From NCBI GenBank assembly GCA_040387615.1, contig JAZKDK010000021.1:72311-136310 (forward strand): a DNA stretch of 64,000 nucleotides, in the 5' to 3' direction. The translations under genes and the position numbers were made by a program. Positions 39,880 through 51,952 of this stretch are shown piece by piece. The DNA comes from Pseudomonadota bacterium (GTDB lineage Bacteria; Pseudomonadota; Alphaproteobacteria; Rhizobiales; Xanthobacteraceae). The notes below the pieces were generated by a model. It was not told the origin of the DNA and ran no database searches. It was given only the letters and a program-made list of their open reading frames with translations. Numbering within the stretch: the stretch's first letter is position 1; each line of letters opens with the position of its first letter.

Positions 39880-40083
39880 GGCGCTGTCCCCTGTAATTTG
39901 CTTTTATTACTGGCGGAATCTGCGTCCCGCGTTCCGGATCGTTGCAGGTTCGGCAACCGATGCAAGATGCAAACTTGCCGGGCCTGCCGAGACTTTGGCG
40001 ATATTGCACGCGAAAATGGGATTGCGTAAGCAGACGTCCTGCGACGACCTCACGTCGATTTGCGCTGCAACACAGGTACGTTT

Positions 40084-40950
40084 GTGACCCAAACTCTCGT
40101 CGTCACGCCTCCATCAAACACGAAGGCCGCGAGCTGGATGGCTGGATGGCTGACCCTGATGCTGGTCATGCTGGTGGCCGGCCGCGAAGCCACGCGCGAA
40201 CTCAGCGTTTTTCAGATCATGGAAATGCGCTCGGTAATTGGCCTTTTCATGCTTTATCCGCTGATTCATCTGAACGGTGGCCTGGCGAGCATGAAGACCG
40301 CTCGCCCGCTCCAGCACATCGGCCGCAACGTCGTCCATTACGCTGCGCAGTACGGCTGGTTTCTGGCCCTGACGCTGATCCCGCTGGCGCAGGTGGTGGC
40401 CATCGAATTCACCATGCCGATCTGGACCGCGCTGCTTGCGGTGAGTTTCCTTGGCGAACGGCTGAATGTCTGGAAAATTCTCGCCATCGTCCTAGGGCTG
40501 GTGGGTGTCATCGTCATCGTGCAGCCCGGCGCGGCGCAGGTCAGCCCCGGTCAGTTGATCATGGTTCTGGCCGCCGTCGGCTTCGGCGTGGCGATCGTCA
40601 TGGTGAAATCTCTCACCCGCACCGACTCGGTCGTCGTGATCATCTTCTGGATGCTGGTGATCCAGTCGCTGATCGGATTGATCCCCGCACTTTACTATTG
40701 GCACACACCATCCGCGCATGTCTGGCCATGGATCATCGTGATCGCGTTCTGTGGCACCTACTCGCATTACTGCATGACGCAAGCGATGCGTTATGCCGAC
40801 GCTACAGTTGTCGTGCCCATGGATTTTCTGCGCGTGCCGCTGTCGGCCGCGGTCGGCTGGCTGATCTATTCCGAGCGGCTTGACGCAGCGACCGTCGCCG
40901 GAGCGGCGCTGATCCTGACGGGCAATCTGCTGAACCTGAAACGCTCGTAG
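40084..40950 (+). CDS. DMT/EamA-family transporter
   Basis: 10-TM pattern; FTMPIW, FLGER, LIYSERLD; start uncertain (GTG 40084 or ATG 40138). Confidence 0.85.
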   Translation: MTQTLVVTPPSNTKAASWMAGWLTLMLVMLVAGREATRELSVFQIMEMRSVIGLFMLYPLIHLNGGLASMKTARPLQHIGRNVVHYAAQYGWFLALTLIPLAQVVAIEFTMPIWTALLAVSFLGERLNVWKILAIVLGLVGVIVIVQPGAAQVSPGQLIMVLAAVGFGVAIVMVKSLTRTDSVVVIIFWMLVIQSLIGLIPALYYWHTPSAHVWPWIIVIAFCGTYSHYCMTQAMRYADATVVVPMDFLRVPLSAAVGWLIYSERLDAATVAGAALILTGNLLNLKRS

Positions 40951-40964
40951 GCGAGGTCGACCCT

Positions 40965-41048
40965 ATCGTCATTGCGAGCGAAGCGAAGCAATCCAGAGCA
41001 ACAAAAAGGCTGGATTGCTTCGTCGCAAGTGCTCCTCGCAATGACGAT
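40965..41048. repeat. REP-like palindromic intergenic element, family C
   Basis: atcgtcattgcgagcgaagcgaagcaatccag...ctggattgcttcgtcgc...ctcgcaatgacgat, between convergent genes. Confidence 0.78.
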
Positions 41049-41077
41049 TAAGTCCTGCATTCTGTGCGTCGACCGGC

Positions 41078-42202
<1,125 letters not shown>

Positions 42203-42347
42203 GGCGATCTCCTTTTGCCAATCTGCGCTGGCGATTCCTGCTGACTAGGAGACGATCATGAGCCGCTTTTCATGCAACAGGCGTGCAAAATGAGGCGCAA
42301 TATGCCAGAATCGTGCATATATCGTGCATCTCGGGGGGTTTTAGCGC

Positions 42348-42824
42348 ATGACTTCGCTGGACGGTTTCGACCTTAAAATCCTCGCCGCGCTTCAGGACGA
42401 CGGCCGCCTGACCAATCAGCAACTGGCGGATCTCGCGGGCCTGTCGGCGTCGCAATGCTCACGCCGCCGCACGCGGCTGGAAGACGAGAAGGTGATCGCT
42501 GGCTATCACGCCGACCTCGCCAGTGAGGCTCTCGGTTTCAACGTATTGGCCTTCATCCAGATCACGCTGGCCACGCACTCGCCCAATAACGCCAAGCGCT
42601 TTCGCGACCTGATGCGCCGCGTCGATGAAATTCAGGAAGCGTATTCGCTGACCGGCGACGCCGACTATCTGCTGAAAGTGGTGCTGAGCGATCTCAAGAG
42701 CCTGTCCGACATCGTCAACAACGTGCTGATGCCGCACGAGAGCGTCGCGCATGTGCGCTCGTCGATCGTGCTCGACCGGCTGAAGACCACGCGCAAGCTG
42801 CCGATACGGAAGCTTGCCGGTTGA
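42348..42824 (+). CDS. Lrp/AsnC-family regulator
   Basis: DLKILAALQDDGRLTNQQLADLAGLS, LTGDADYLLKV; divergent from hppD. Confidence 0.92.
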   Translation: MTSLDGFDLKILAALQDDGRLTNQQLADLAGLSASQCSRRRTRLEDEKVIAGYHADLASEALGFNVLAFIQITLATHSPNNAKRFRDLMRRVDEIQEAYSLTGDADYLLKVVLSDLKSLSDIVNNVLMPHESVAHVRSSIVLDRLKTTRKLPIRKLAG

Positions 42825-42841
42825 TCACTGATCCCTCATCG

Positions 42842-42927
42842 CGTCATGGCCGGGCTTGTCCCCGCCATCCACGTCTTTCTTGGTGCAATCCAAGACGTGG
42901 ATGCCCGGCATAAAGCCGGGCATGACG
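42842..42927. repeat. REP-like palindromic repeat, family A (complete copy)
   Basis: cgtcatggccgggcttgtccccgccatccacgtc...gacgtggatgcccggcataaagccgggcatgacg. Confidence 0.85.
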
Positions 42928-42957
42928 GTGGATGGATGCGAAGATGTACAATCACTT

Positions 42958-44238
42958 TCAAACCGACGGAAGGATCGTGCCTTCAACTTCGCCAAAGCCA
43001 ATTCGGTAGCCGTCGCCCTGACACCAGCCGCGCATGGTCAGCGAGTCGCCGTCTTCGAGAAACGACCGCTGCTCGCCGTCGCCGAGATCGAGTGGCTCAG
43101 CGCCGCCCCAGCTTAGCTCCAGCATGCTGCCGCGTTCGCTCTTTTCGGGGCCGCTGATGGTGCCGGACCCTAGAAGGTCTCCGACATTCATCGCGCAGCC
43201 GCTGGACGCATGATGCACAAGCTGCTGCACCGACGACCAGTACATGTATTTGAAGTTGGTGCGGCAGATGCCCGCCGGCTTTTGCATTGCCGGTGTCTTG
43301 AGATCGACAGCGAGCTGCATGTCGTAGTTGTTCGCGCCCTTCTGTTGCAGATACGGCAGCGGCGTCGGGTCTTGCGCCGGTCCGTTCACACGAAACGGCT
43401 CCAGCGCTTCGCGTGTCACGATCCACGGGCTGATCGACGTACCGAACGCCTTGGCCTGAAACGGTCCGAGCGGCACATACTCCCATGCCTGGATGTCACG
43501 CGCGCTCCAGTCGTTCAGGAGGGTGAAGCCGAAGATCATCTCCTCGGCCTGCTGCTCGGTCAGCATCTCACCCATCGCAGATGCTTGCCCGATCACCACG
43601 CCCATTTCCAGTTCGAAATCGAGCCGCTTGCAGGGACCAAACGTCGGTTGTTCCACCGTCGGCGGCTTCAACTGTCCGCGCGGGCGGCGGATCGGCGTGC
43701 CGCTGACCACGACCGTCGATGCGCGGCCATTGTAGCCGATGGGAATCGACAGCCAGTTCGGCATCAGGGCATTGTCCTTGCCGCGAAACATGATGCCGAC
43801 ATTGGTGGCGTGTTCCTTCGACGAATAAAAATCGGTGAAGCCCGCGACCTCGATCGGCATATGCATATCCGCGAAGGTCTGCGGAACCAGCGCACGTCTG
43901 CAAAGTTCCTTATTGTCGCGCAGCTCCGGATGATCGTGCCGCAGCAACTCGCTGATCCGCGCGCGGGTTTTGCTCCATACCTTCGGGCCAAGCGCCATGA
44001 AGGCATTGAGCGAAGGTTTCGCGAAGACGCCGCTCGCGTTCTCGAAGCGGATCAATCCCGCCGCTTCCAGCGCCACCAGATCGAGAACGAAATCGCCGAT
44101 GGCCACGCCGACCCGCAGATCCGGCTGCTCCGGTGTGAAAAACACGCCATACGGCAGGTTCTGGATCGGGAAGTCCGATGAGGGATCGACTTGGATGAAG
44201 GAGCGCAGCTTGGGATCGTTCGGGTGCATCGTGTCCAT
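42958..44238 (-). CDS. fahA: Fumarylacetoacetase
   Basis: FPIQNLPYG, DFYSSKEHATNVG, LDFELE, NDWSARDIQ.WEYVPLGPF.AK, GDLLGSGTISG. Confidence 0.95.
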   Translation of the reverse strand: MDTMHPNDPKLRSFIQVDPSSDFPIQNLPYGVFFTPEQPDLRVGVAIGDFVLDLVALEAAGLIRFENASGVFAKPSLNAFMALGPKVWSKTRARISELLRHDHPELRDNKELCRRALVPQTFADMHMPIEVAGFTDFYSSKEHATNVGIMFRGKDNALMPNWLSIPIGYNGRASTVVVSGTPIRRPRGQLKPPTVEQPTFGPCKRLDFELEMGVVIGQASAMGEMLTEQQAEEMIFGFTLLNDWSARDIQAWEYVPLGPFQAKAFGTSISPWIVTREALEPFRVNGPAQDPTPLPYLQQKGANNYDMQLAVDLKTPAMQKPAGICRTNFKYMYWSSVQQLVHHASSGCAMNVGDLLGSGTISGPEKSERGSMLELSWGGAEPLDLGDGEQRSFLEDGDSLTMRGWCQGDGYRIGFGEVEGTILPSV

Positions 44239-44252
44239 CCAGAGTTACCTCG

Positions 44253-44891
44253 TTATTCCGCGTCGGGCTGGCGGCCCGGTTCGGCCGCAGCGAAAGCGTC
44301 GAGTTTTGCGGCGGCGGCATCGAGTGCCACGATACGCTTGTAGGGCGCGAGATCGACGCCGAAACGGCGTGCGTTAAAGACCTGCGGCACGATGCAGATA
44401 TCCGCCAGCATCGGCGCATCACCCAGCGCGAACGGCCCCGGCAGATGCGCCAGCCGCGCTTCGACCGCATCGAAGCCGGTCTCAATCCAGTGTTTCGACC
44501 ATGCCGCGCGCGTTGCCTCATCGACGCCCATGTCGATCAGCCGATTCAGCACCCGTAAGTTGCCGATGGGATGAATATCGCTGGCGACGACCAGCGCAAT
44601 CTCGCGGGCAATCGCCCGCCCCTTTGCGTCACGCGGCAGCAGCGGCGGCTCGGGGTGGGTCTCGTCGAGATATTCGATGATGGCGATCGACTGCGCCAGT
44701 TCGAGATCGTCGTCGATCCAGTACGGCACAAGGCCGGCCGGATTGATCTTGCGATAGGCCGGCTGCGTCTGCTCGCCCTTGCGCAGATGCACGAAGCGAT
44801 GATCCGCGCTCAGTCCCTTGAGACCCAGCGCAATGCGCACGCGATAGGCCGCGGTCGAGCGAAAGTAGCCGTACAGAACAGCGCGACTCAT
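44253..44891 (-). CDS. maiA: Maleylacetoacetate isomerase (GST zeta)
   Basis: YFRSTAAYRVRIAL, QSIAIIEYLDE, DIHPIGNLRVL; start set at ATG 44891. Confidence 0.92.
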   Translation of the reverse strand: MSRAVLYGYFRSTAAYRVRIALGLKGLSADHRFVHLRKGEQTQPAYRKINPAGLVPYWIDDDLELAQSIAIIEYLDETHPEPPLLPRDAKGRAIAREIALVVASDIHPIGNLRVLNRLIDMGVDEATRAAWSKHWIETGFDAVEARLAHLPGPFALGDAPMLADICIVPQVFNARRFGVDLAPYKRIVALDAAAAKLDAFAAAEPGRQPDAE

Positions 44892-44901
44892 GCGAAGCCG
44901 C

Positions 44902-46248
44902 TCAAGGCTTCGACGGGTCGAAGCGGCGCTCCAGCCCCTGCCAGCAATCGGCGTAATCGTCCTGCAGCGCGCTCGTCGTCGCGGCATATTCGGTCACGCA
45001 CTGCGGAAAACGCGTCTCGAACATGAAGGCCATGGTGCCGGTCAGTTTCACTGGCTTCAATTCGCCATTGCTGGCGTGATCGAACGCTTCGCGGTCCGGC
45101 CCGTGCGGCAGCATCATGTTGTGCAAGCTGATGCCGCCCGGCACGAAGCCCTGCGGCTTGGCGTCGTAGACGCCGTAGATCAAGCCCATGAACTCCGACA
45201 TGATGTTCATGTGATACCACGGCGGACGGAAGGTGTTTTCCGCTACTGCCCAGCGCTCCGGGAAAATCACGAAGTCGATGTTTGCGGTGCCTGCGGTTTC
45301 CGACGGCGACGTCAACACGGTGAAGATCGACGGATCGGGATGATCGAATCCGATAGCCCCGACCGGCGAGAACGTCCGCAGGTCATATTTGTAAGGCGCA
45401 TAGTTGCCGTGCCACGCCACCACATCGATCGGCGAATACGGCAACGTCGTCACGAACAGCGAGCCGCCCCACTTTACGTAAAGCTCGGTCGGCGTTTCCT
45501 TGTCTTCGTAAGCGGCCACCGGGGTCAGGAAGTCGCGGGAGTTCGCGAGACAGTTCGCGCCGATTGGCCCGCGCTCCGGCAGCGTGAACGCGCCGCCGTA
45601 ATTTTCACAGAGATAGCCGCGCGCTGGACCATTGGGAATTTCGACGCGGAACTTGACGCCGCGCGGGATCACGGCGATTTCGCCGGGCTCGATGTCGATG
45701 ATGCCGAATTCGGTGACGATGCGCAGATTGCCATCCTGCGGCACGAACATCAGTTCACCATCGGCATTGTAGAAATGCTGATCCACCATCGATTTGGTGA
45801 TGAGATAGATGTGCGCCGCCATGCCCGCCTGCGTGTTGGCATCGCCTGCGGTGGTCATGGTGTAGACGCCTTGGAGGAAGGTCTGCTCCTCCTTCGGCAT
45901 CGGCACCGGGTCCCAGCGCAGTTGCGCGATCGGCATGTCGTATTCGGTGCACGGCGCGGTGCGCCAGTATCGCGCATCAGCCTTGGTAAAGCGGCCCGAA
46001 TGCTTCACCGACGGGCGGATGCGATAGAGCCACGAGCGCTCGTTGGTGCCGCGCGGCGCGGTGAACGGCGAGCCCGAAAGCTGTTCGGCATAAAGCCCGT
46101 AGGCGCAGCGCTGCGGCGAGTTGCGGCCGATGGGCAAGGCGCCGGCCAGCGCTTCGGTCTCGAAGCTGTTGCCGAAGCCGGACATGTAGCCCGGCGTGAC
46201 ATTGACGGCGTTGCGATTGACGGCGCCAGGAGCGGTGTTGATGTTCAT
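44902..46248 (-). CDS. hmgA: Homogentisate 1,2-dioxygenase
   Basis: [63 protein letters not shown]. Confidence 0.97.
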   Translation of the reverse strand: MNINTAPGAVNRNAVNVTPGYMSGFGNSFETEALAGALPIGRNSPQRCAYGLYAEQLSGSPFTAPRGTNERSWLYRIRPSVKHSGRFTKADARYWRTAPCTEYDMPIAQLRWDPVPMPKEEQTFLQGVYTMTTAGDANTQAGMAAHIYLITKSMVDQHFYNADGELMFVPQDGNLRIVTEFGIIDIEPGEIAVIPRGVKFRVEIPNGPARGYLCENYGGAFTLPERGPIGANCLANSRDFLTPVAAYEDKETPTELYVKWGGSLFVTTLPYSPIDVVAWHGNYAPYKYDLRTFSPVGAIGFDHPDPSIFTVLTSPSETAGTANIDFVIFPERWAVAENTFRPPWYHMNIMSEFMGLIYGVYDAKPQGFVPGGISLHNMMLPHGPDREAFDHASNGELKPVKLTGTMAFMFETRFPQCVTEYAATTSALQDDYADCWQGLERRFDPSKP

Positions 46249-46252
46249 CGCA

Positions 46253-47209
46253 CTATCCTCCTTGCAGAGCAGCCCACATTTCGCGGTCGCGCTTGTCGGT
46301 CCAGATCACCGGATCGTCGATCCCGGATGCCTCGTCGTAGGCGCGCGAGACATTGAACGGCAGGCAATGCTCATAGATCGCGAAGCTTGAGAACCTCGGG
46401 TCCATCACGGCGCGGGTCGCCGCCATGGCTTCCTTGAGCGTGCGCCCCTTCGCCACCGACAGTTCCGCCGCGCCATAGAGCGACGTCACGAAATCGCGCG
46501 TCATGGCGATGGCCTCGTTCACAGTCGCGGTGCCCTTCAACGCATCGCCACGTCCAGGGGCGACCGCTTTCGGATTAAACTCGCGGATTTCATTCAGCGT
46601 CAGCGGCCATTCCCGCAGCATCGCATCGCCGCAATAGCAGGCCGAGTGGAATTCGATCAGGTCGCCGGAACACATCACCTGCGCGTCGGGCACCCACGCG
46701 ACGATGTCGCCGGAGGTGTGGCCCGCACCGAGATGCATCAGTTGCACCTCGCGCTTGCCGAGATAGAGTGTCATGCCGGTATCGAAGGTGATCGTCGGCC
46801 AGGTCAGGCCGGGAATGCTCTCGGCGTCGCGAAACAGCCTTGGAAACCGGCCAAACTCGGAATCCCAATCCTGCTGTCCACGTTCCACGATCAGCCGCTG
46901 GGTTTCGGATGAGGCAACGATGCCTTGCGCCTTGTAAGCCGACGCGCCGAGGACGCGCACCGCATGGTAATGCGACAGAACCACATACTTGATCGGCTTG
47001 TCGGTCACCGTCTTGACGCGCTCGATCACGCTGTTGGCCATCGCCGGCGTCGCCTGCGCGTCGAACACGAGGCAACTGTCGTCGCCGACAATCACCGCCG
47101 TATTGGGATCGCCCTCTGCGGTGAAAGCATAGATGTCCGGACCAATTTCGGAGAAGGTGATTTTCTTCTCCGTCATGTCTCCGGTCGATGCGAAACCCTT
47201 GGCGGTCAT
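46253..47209 (-). CDS. MBL-fold protein with degenerate metal motif
   Basis: [32 protein letters not shown]; start set at ATG 47209. Confidence 0.85.
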   Translation of the reverse strand: MTAKGFASTGDMTEKKITFSEIGPDIYAFTAEGDPNTAVIVGDDSCLVFDAQATPAMANSVIERVKTVTDKPIKYVVLSHYHAVRVLGASAYKAQGIVASSETQRLIVERGQQDWDSEFGRFPRLFRDAESIPGLTWPTITFDTGMTLYLGKREVQLMHLGAGHTSGDIVAWVPDAQVMCSGDLIEFHSACYCGDAMLREWPLTLNEIREFNPKAVAPGRGDALKGTATVNEAIAMTRDFVTSLYGAAELSVAKGRTLKEAMAATRAVMDPRFSSFAIYEHCLPFNVSRAYDEASGIDDPVIWTDKRDREMWAALQGG

Positions 47210-47439
47210 TTGCTGTCCTTTGTTGCCGTCTTTTTGTCTGAGGTTCCACCGAGCTGGCGCTTCGCCAGCGCAATCGCTTCGCGCAGCACCTCGGCATCCC
47301 CGATATGATTGGCCAGAATCAAAACCAGCGCCGTATCCAGCGAAACGCTGTCCTCGTCGCTCAGGCCACGATGCGCCTCGACTACCAGCCGATAGGCGGT
47401 GTCGGGATCGCTGAAGTTCGATGTCGTTGACAGTGTCAT
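47206..47439 (-). CDS. DUF2783-like small protein (putative hydroxylase coupling subunit)
   Basis: 77 aa MTLSTTSNFSDPD...LVLILANHIGDAEVLREAI; 4-nt overlaps with both neighbours. Confidence 0.8.
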   Translation of the reverse strand: MTLSTTSNFSDPDTAYRLVVEAHRGLSDEDSVSLDTALVLILANHIGDAEVLREAIALAKRQLGGTSDKKTATKDSK

Positions 47440-49058
47440 GTCCTCGCTCCCGCCTGCCCGCTGGCGCGTGCGATGGCCGCTTGTACGATTGCCGCCGTCG
47501 GATTTTTGAAGCGCGCTGCGACATAACCGTCGGGACGCAGCAGATAAGCCGCGCCCTCGGATGCGTCGTACCGTTTCGCGAATAGACCCGATGCATCGTG
47601 CAGTGGCGCGCCGTCGCCAATGGCGATGGAATGACAGCCAGGTTGGTCGCCGCCGTCGCTTCCCGCTTGCAGCAGGACAAAGCGTCCGCCGCCCTGCCTG
47701 AAAGCTTCGGTGAGATAGACCGGCTGGCCGCTTGCCGTCGCCAGCGGCGCGTCGATCATGTGCGCGCCGGGGCGCAGCCCCGCGTCCCATGAATCGCTGT
47801 CGGGTGTCGATAACGGCGACTGATAGATCGACGGCGTCGACAGCCGCCCGCCGTTGACCATGCGCTTCGCGAACTCGGTTTCCTTCGCGAGCCTGAGCAC
47901 CGCATGGCGCATCCGGCGTTCCTGTTTCGAATGCGGCGCGATGAAATCGGTCGAGCGGGTGGAGGCGCGGATGTTCTCGTCGGCGGCGGCGCTGCGCTCG
48001 ATCTCGTAGCTGTCGAGCAGCGACGCCGGTGCTTTTCCGCGCAGGATCAGCGACAGTTTCCACGCAACGTTCTCCGCGTCCTCAAGCCCGGAATTCGCGC
48101 CGCGCGCGCCAAACGGCGAGACCTGATGCGCCGAGTCGCCGGCGAAGATCACCCGCTCATGGACAAAGCGTTGCATGCGGCGGCACTGGAACTTGTAGAT
48201 CGAGATCCATTCGAAATCGAACTTCGCGTGACCCAGCATCCGTTCGATCCGTGGCCGCACATTCTCCGGCAATCGCTCGACGGCGGGATCGGCATCCGGC
48301 CCCAGTTGCAGATCGATCCGCCAGACATCGTCCGGCTGGCGATGCAGCAGCGCGGACTGGCCCGAATGGAACGGCGGATCGAACCAGAACCAGCGCTCGG
48401 TCGGGAATTCTGCGGTCATCTTGACATCAGCGATCAGGAACTGATCCTCGAACACCTCGCCGGTGAATTCCGCGCCGACAAAGCCGCGCAATGCCGACCG
48501 CGCGCCATCGCAGGCAACGACAAAATCCGCTTTCAGATGATAGCGCCCGTCCGGCGTATCAACGGCAAGAACGACATGATCGTTGCGTTGTTCCAGTCCG
48601 GCGACCTTGTTGCGCCAGCGCAGATCGACCTGCGGCAGTTCCTGAACGCGATCGACCAGGAAGGCTTCGGCATAGTACTGCTGGAGATTGATAAAGGCCG
48701 GCATCTTGTGGCCGTCTTCCGGCAACAGGTCGAACCGGTAGAGCATGTCGTCGTTCAGAAAGATCTTGCCGACCTTCCAGACCACGCCCTTCTCCACCAT
48801 GCGCTCGCCGACACCGAGACGGTCCCACAACTCGAGCGAACGTTTCGAAAAGCAGATCGCGCGCGAGCCATCACCGATCCTGTCGGCATCGTCGAGCAGA
48901 ACGACACTGTGCCCCCGCTGCGCCAGATCGATTGCCAGCGTCAGCCCGACCGGTCCGGCCCCGACCACCACCACCGGGTGGCGCGCAGCATCCGACGCCG
49001 TCCGATCCTGATCGGAATGGCGGCGATAGCCGAACTGAATGACCCGAGGTTCCGGCAC
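47436..49058 (-). CDS. FAD-dependent aromatic hydroxylase (group A flavoprotein monooxygenase)
   Basis: GAGPVG, CDGARS, GDSAHQVSPFGARGANSG fingerprints; GTG start 49058 inferred. Confidence 0.9.
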   Translation of the reverse strand: MPEPRVIQFGYRRHSDQDRTASDAARHPVVVVGAGPVGLTLAIDLAQRGHSVVLLDDADRIGDGSRAICFSKRSLELWDRLGVGERMVEKGVVWKVGKIFLNDDMLYRFDLLPEDGHKMPAFINLQQYYAEAFLVDRVQELPQVDLRWRNKVAGLEQRNDHVVLAVDTPDGRYHLKADFVVACDGARSALRGFVGAEFTGEVFEDQFLIADVKMTAEFPTERWFWFDPPFHSGQSALLHRQPDDVWRIDLQLGPDADPAVERLPENVRPRIERMLGHAKFDFEWISIYKFQCRRMQRFVHERVIFAGDSAHQVSPFGARGANSGLEDAENVAWKLSLILRGKAPASLLDSYEIERSAAADENIRASTRSTDFIAPHSKQERRMRHAVLRLAKETEFAKRMVNGGRLSTPSIYQSPLSTPDSDSWDAGLRPGAHMIDAPLATASGQPVYLTEAFRQGGGRFVLLQAGSDGGDQPGCHSIAIGDGAPLHDASGLFAKRYDASEGAAYLLRPDGYVAARFKNPTAAIVQAAIARASGQAGART

Positions 49059-49141
49059 GTCTCTACCCTGCTTGGCTAGCCTACTGCTTGCGGGCCTCTT
49101 GAACGAAGCTCTGGCCAAAAGAATAGACGATCGCTATGATC

Positions 49142-49155
49142 GTTGCAACTGCAAC
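49142..49155. promoter_or_regulatory. Candidate MarR operator palindrome
   Basis: GTTGCA-AC-TGCAAC in the divergent hydroxylase/MarR promoter region. Confidence 0.5.
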
Positions 49156-49199
49156 CAATAGACCCAGGCTCTGCCCTTGGCCCCAACCGGACGCGCGTC

Positions 49200-49679
49200 T
49201 TGAGCAAGCTCGATCTCTTCAAGTTCATGCCGTTCCGGCTAAACCGGCTGGCCGCGGAGGTCAGTGCGGAACTCGCCAGCGAGTATCGCGAGCGCTACGG
49301 CCTGGACATTCCGGAATGGCGAGTGCTGGCGACGCTGGGCTTTCGCGATGACGCCTGTACGGCGCAATATATCGCCTATTGCACGCGGACGCATAAATCG
49401 ACCATCAGCCGGGCCGTCGCCCACCTGCTGGAACAGCAATTGATCGAACGCGTCGAGAATGTAGATGACCGCCGCGAACTGGCCCTGCAGCTGACCCGCA
49501 AAGGGCGCACGCTGTATGAGGAACTCATTCCCCGGCTGCTCCACAAGGAGCAGGACATCCTGTCATGCCTGACGGCAACCGAGCGCAGGGACTTCGCCAA
49601 CGCGCTCGGCAAGATCGAGCGGCAGCTCGACCTGATTCAATCCGTGAAGGACGCACGCGCCAAGAAAGGCGCGTACTGA
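49200..49679 (+). CDS. MarR-family regulator
   Basis: PFRLNRLAAEVS, PEWRVLATL, HKSTISRAV, DDRRELALQLT; start uncertain (TTG 49200 or TTG 49143). Confidence 0.88.
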   Translation: MSKLDLFKFMPFRLNRLAAEVSAELASEYRERYGLDIPEWRVLATLGFRDDACTAQYIAYCTRTHKSTISRAVAHLLEQQLIERVENVDDRRELALQLTRKGRTLYEELIPRLLHKEQDILSCLTATERRDFANALGKIERQLDLIQSVKDARAKKGAY

Positions 49680-49688
49680 GACGCGTCC

Positions 49689-51743
49689 TTACGCCGCGCG
49701 GATATTCTCCATGAAGCGATCCAGTTCCTGACGCAGCCGCGTGCTTTCGACAGCCAGCGTCTGCGCGGAGTTCAGGACCTCGCCCGAAGCCGTGCCGGTT
49801 TCACTCGCGCCACGGTTGACCTCGGAGATGCCCTCCGCGATCTCCAGCGTGCCGCTGGCGGCGCTCTGGACGTTGCGGGCGATTTCCGTCGTCGCGGTGG
49901 TCTGCTGCTCGATCGCGGCGGCGATATTACCGGCAATCTTGGAAATCTGGCCGATGGTCTCGCCGATTTCCTTGATGGCGAAAACAGATTCCTGCGTGGC
50001 TTCCTGCATGCCGGTGATGTGCGACGAAATCTCGTCGGTCGCTTTCGCGGTCTGGCTCGCCAGCGACTTCACTTCCGACGCAACGACGGCAAAGCCGCGT
50101 CCCGCCTCGCCAGCCCGCGCCGCTTCGATGGTGGCGTTCAGCGCCAGCAGGTTGGTCTGCTCGGCAATCGCCGTGATCAGCTTGACCACGTCGCCGATCT
50201 CCTGCGCCGCACGCGACAGCTTGGCAATGCGCGCGTCGGTCGCTTCGGCCTGCGACACCGCCGCGGCAGCGATCCGGCTCGACTCCTTGACCTGCCGGCC
50301 GATCTCGTTGACCGAAGCGGACAGTTCTTCCGTGGCAGCCGCGACGGACTGCACATTCGCCGATGCTTCCTCCGACGCGCCCGCGACCTTGCCAGACAAT
50401 TCCTGCGCCGTCTCCACGGTTCGGGTCAGGGTCGTCGCGGATGATTCAAGCTGGCTCGCCGACGCCGAGACGCTGGATACGATCACGCCGACCGCGGTTT
50501 CGAAATCATCCGCAAAGCGGTGAAGCTCCGCGCTGCGGGCAGCGGTCGCAGTCTTGCCTTGCGCCTCACGCTCCGCCGCCTCGCTCTGCGCCTTGGCGAC
50601 GGCTCGCATCTTGAATTCCTCGACTGCGCCAGCCATCTCGCCGATTTCATCCTTCTGGCCAAGCCCCGGCAGCACGACATCGAAATTGCCGCCGGCGAGT
50701 TGCCGCATCGCGTTGCACATGGCGATCATCGGTCGGGAAATTCCGCGGCCCAGCATCCATGCCAGGATCGCCCCAAACATGATGCCCCCGGCGCCGAGCG
50801 CCGTCACGAACTGGCTGGTCGTGTGCGCCGCCGTGGCCGATTCCTTGGCAAGCTGAGTCTGCCGCACGACCAGACCATCCTTGATGGTCTTGGCTTCCTG
50901 CGTCACGGACGCCGCCGCCTCGTTCATCTTGGCCGAGAGCGCCGTGATCTTCGCAGTGTTCTCGACGAATTTCGTGAAGGCCACCTTGTAGGCATCGAGT
51001 TCCTGGGTGATTTCCGAAATCTTCGATGCAAGCTTCGCGTCGTCGGCCGTCAGCGTGCCAAAGCTGTTCTTCAGAAGCTGCATGCGGGCATTGACGCTGT
51101 TGGCGACGGCTGCATCGGGGCGCAGGACGTAGTTGCTGATGTTGGCTGTGATGGATGCCGAGTGGGTCGCCAGTTCCTTCGCGTTCTGCTGAATCGAAGT
51201 CAGGCCGGCAAGAATCGCGGTATCCGCCAGATCGTCGAATTTGTAACGGATCACGTTGCCCATGCGGAGCAACTGGTTCGACGCGATCGCGGCATTCTCG
51301 GTCTTCAGCTTGATAACGTCCGCGAACAGAGCGGCGAAATCACCGTAGCTGGCGGAAAGATTGAGAACGCTTTTGCGGTTGTCGGCGGTCGCGACACGGG
51401 CGGCGCGTTCGATCGCACTGCCGAGGCTGGTCTCGGCGGCGCGCGCCGCGGTCTCGTCGGCCGGAAGACCGGTCGTCACGTACTGGCGGGCGAGAAGCTG
51501 ATAGGCCACAAGCTCGCGATCGATCTCGCGCGCGCTGTCGCTCTCGGCCACGATCCCCTGATAGGACTGAACACCCTCCGCGATCCGCTCGAAGCCAAAA
51601 TAGGCAACGCCCATGTTGATGGCCGAGATACCCAGCACGGCGACGAAACCGAGCATGATCTTGGTTCGGAATCTAAGATTTGAAAGAAAGCCGACTTTTG
51701 CCTTGTGCTTCGCAGGAGCGCCCCTGAACCAGCCCATTCCCAT
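49689..51743 (-). CDS. Methyl-accepting chemotaxis protein (HAMP plus MA signalling domain)
   Basis: Two TM segments, [45 protein letters not shown]. Confidence 0.95.
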   Translation of the reverse strand: MGMGWFRGAPAKHKAKVGFLSNLRFRTKIMLGFVAVLGISAINMGVAYFGFERIAEGVQSYQGIVAESDSAREIDRELVAYQLLARQYVTTGLPADETAARAAETSLGSAIERAARVATADNRKSVLNLSASYGDFAALFADVIKLKTENAAIASNQLLRMGNVIRYKFDDLADTAILAGLTSIQQNAKELATHSASITANISNYVLRPDAAVANSVNARMQLLKNSFGTLTADDAKLASKISEITQELDAYKVAFTKFVENTAKITALSAKMNEAAASVTQEAKTIKDGLVVRQTQLAKESATAAHTTSQFVTALGAGGIMFGAILAWMLGRGISRPMIAMCNAMRQLAGGNFDVVLPGLGQKDEIGEMAGAVEEFKMRAVAKAQSEAAEREAQGKTATAARSAELHRFADDFETAVGVIVSSVSASASQLESSATTLTRTVETAQELSGKVAGASEEASANVQSVAAATEELSASVNEIGRQVKESSRIAAAAVSQAEATDARIAKLSRAAQEIGDVVKLITAIAEQTNLLALNATIEAARAGEAGRGFAVVASEVKSLASQTAKATDEISSHITGMQEATQESVFAIKEIGETIGQISKIAGNIAAAIEQQTTATTEIARNVQSAASGTLEIAEGISEVNRGASETGTASGEVLNSAQTLAVESTRLRQELDRFMENIRAA

Positions 51744-51854
51744 TCCCCCAAAAATTCTTTTTGCACGCAGAATTCGCCGGCAAGCCAGCCGACATAAAGT
51801 GCCTCAAGGTAAACAAAATTGAATAACACCCCGTAAATTGCTACCGCGCGCAGC

Positions 51855-51876
51855 AAAAACGCCCGCCAGGCGGGCG
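51855..51876 (-). terminator. Probable rho-independent terminator of nrdAB
   Basis: Minus strand cgcccgc-ctg-gcgggcg followed by ttttt. Confidence 0.55.
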
Positions 51877-51952
51877 CTTCTTGCTGATGATGTGTGCAAA
51901 TGCGGCAGGCCGGGCCATATCCCGGCACCGCTGGTGCCGAAAGATTAACAAT

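Noticed and set aside
42282-42328. Three CGTGCA direct repeats in the hppD/Lrp intergenic region
   Set aside because: Plausibly Lrp-family sites, but short and consistent with ordinary divergent regulation; not distinguishable from chance by eye
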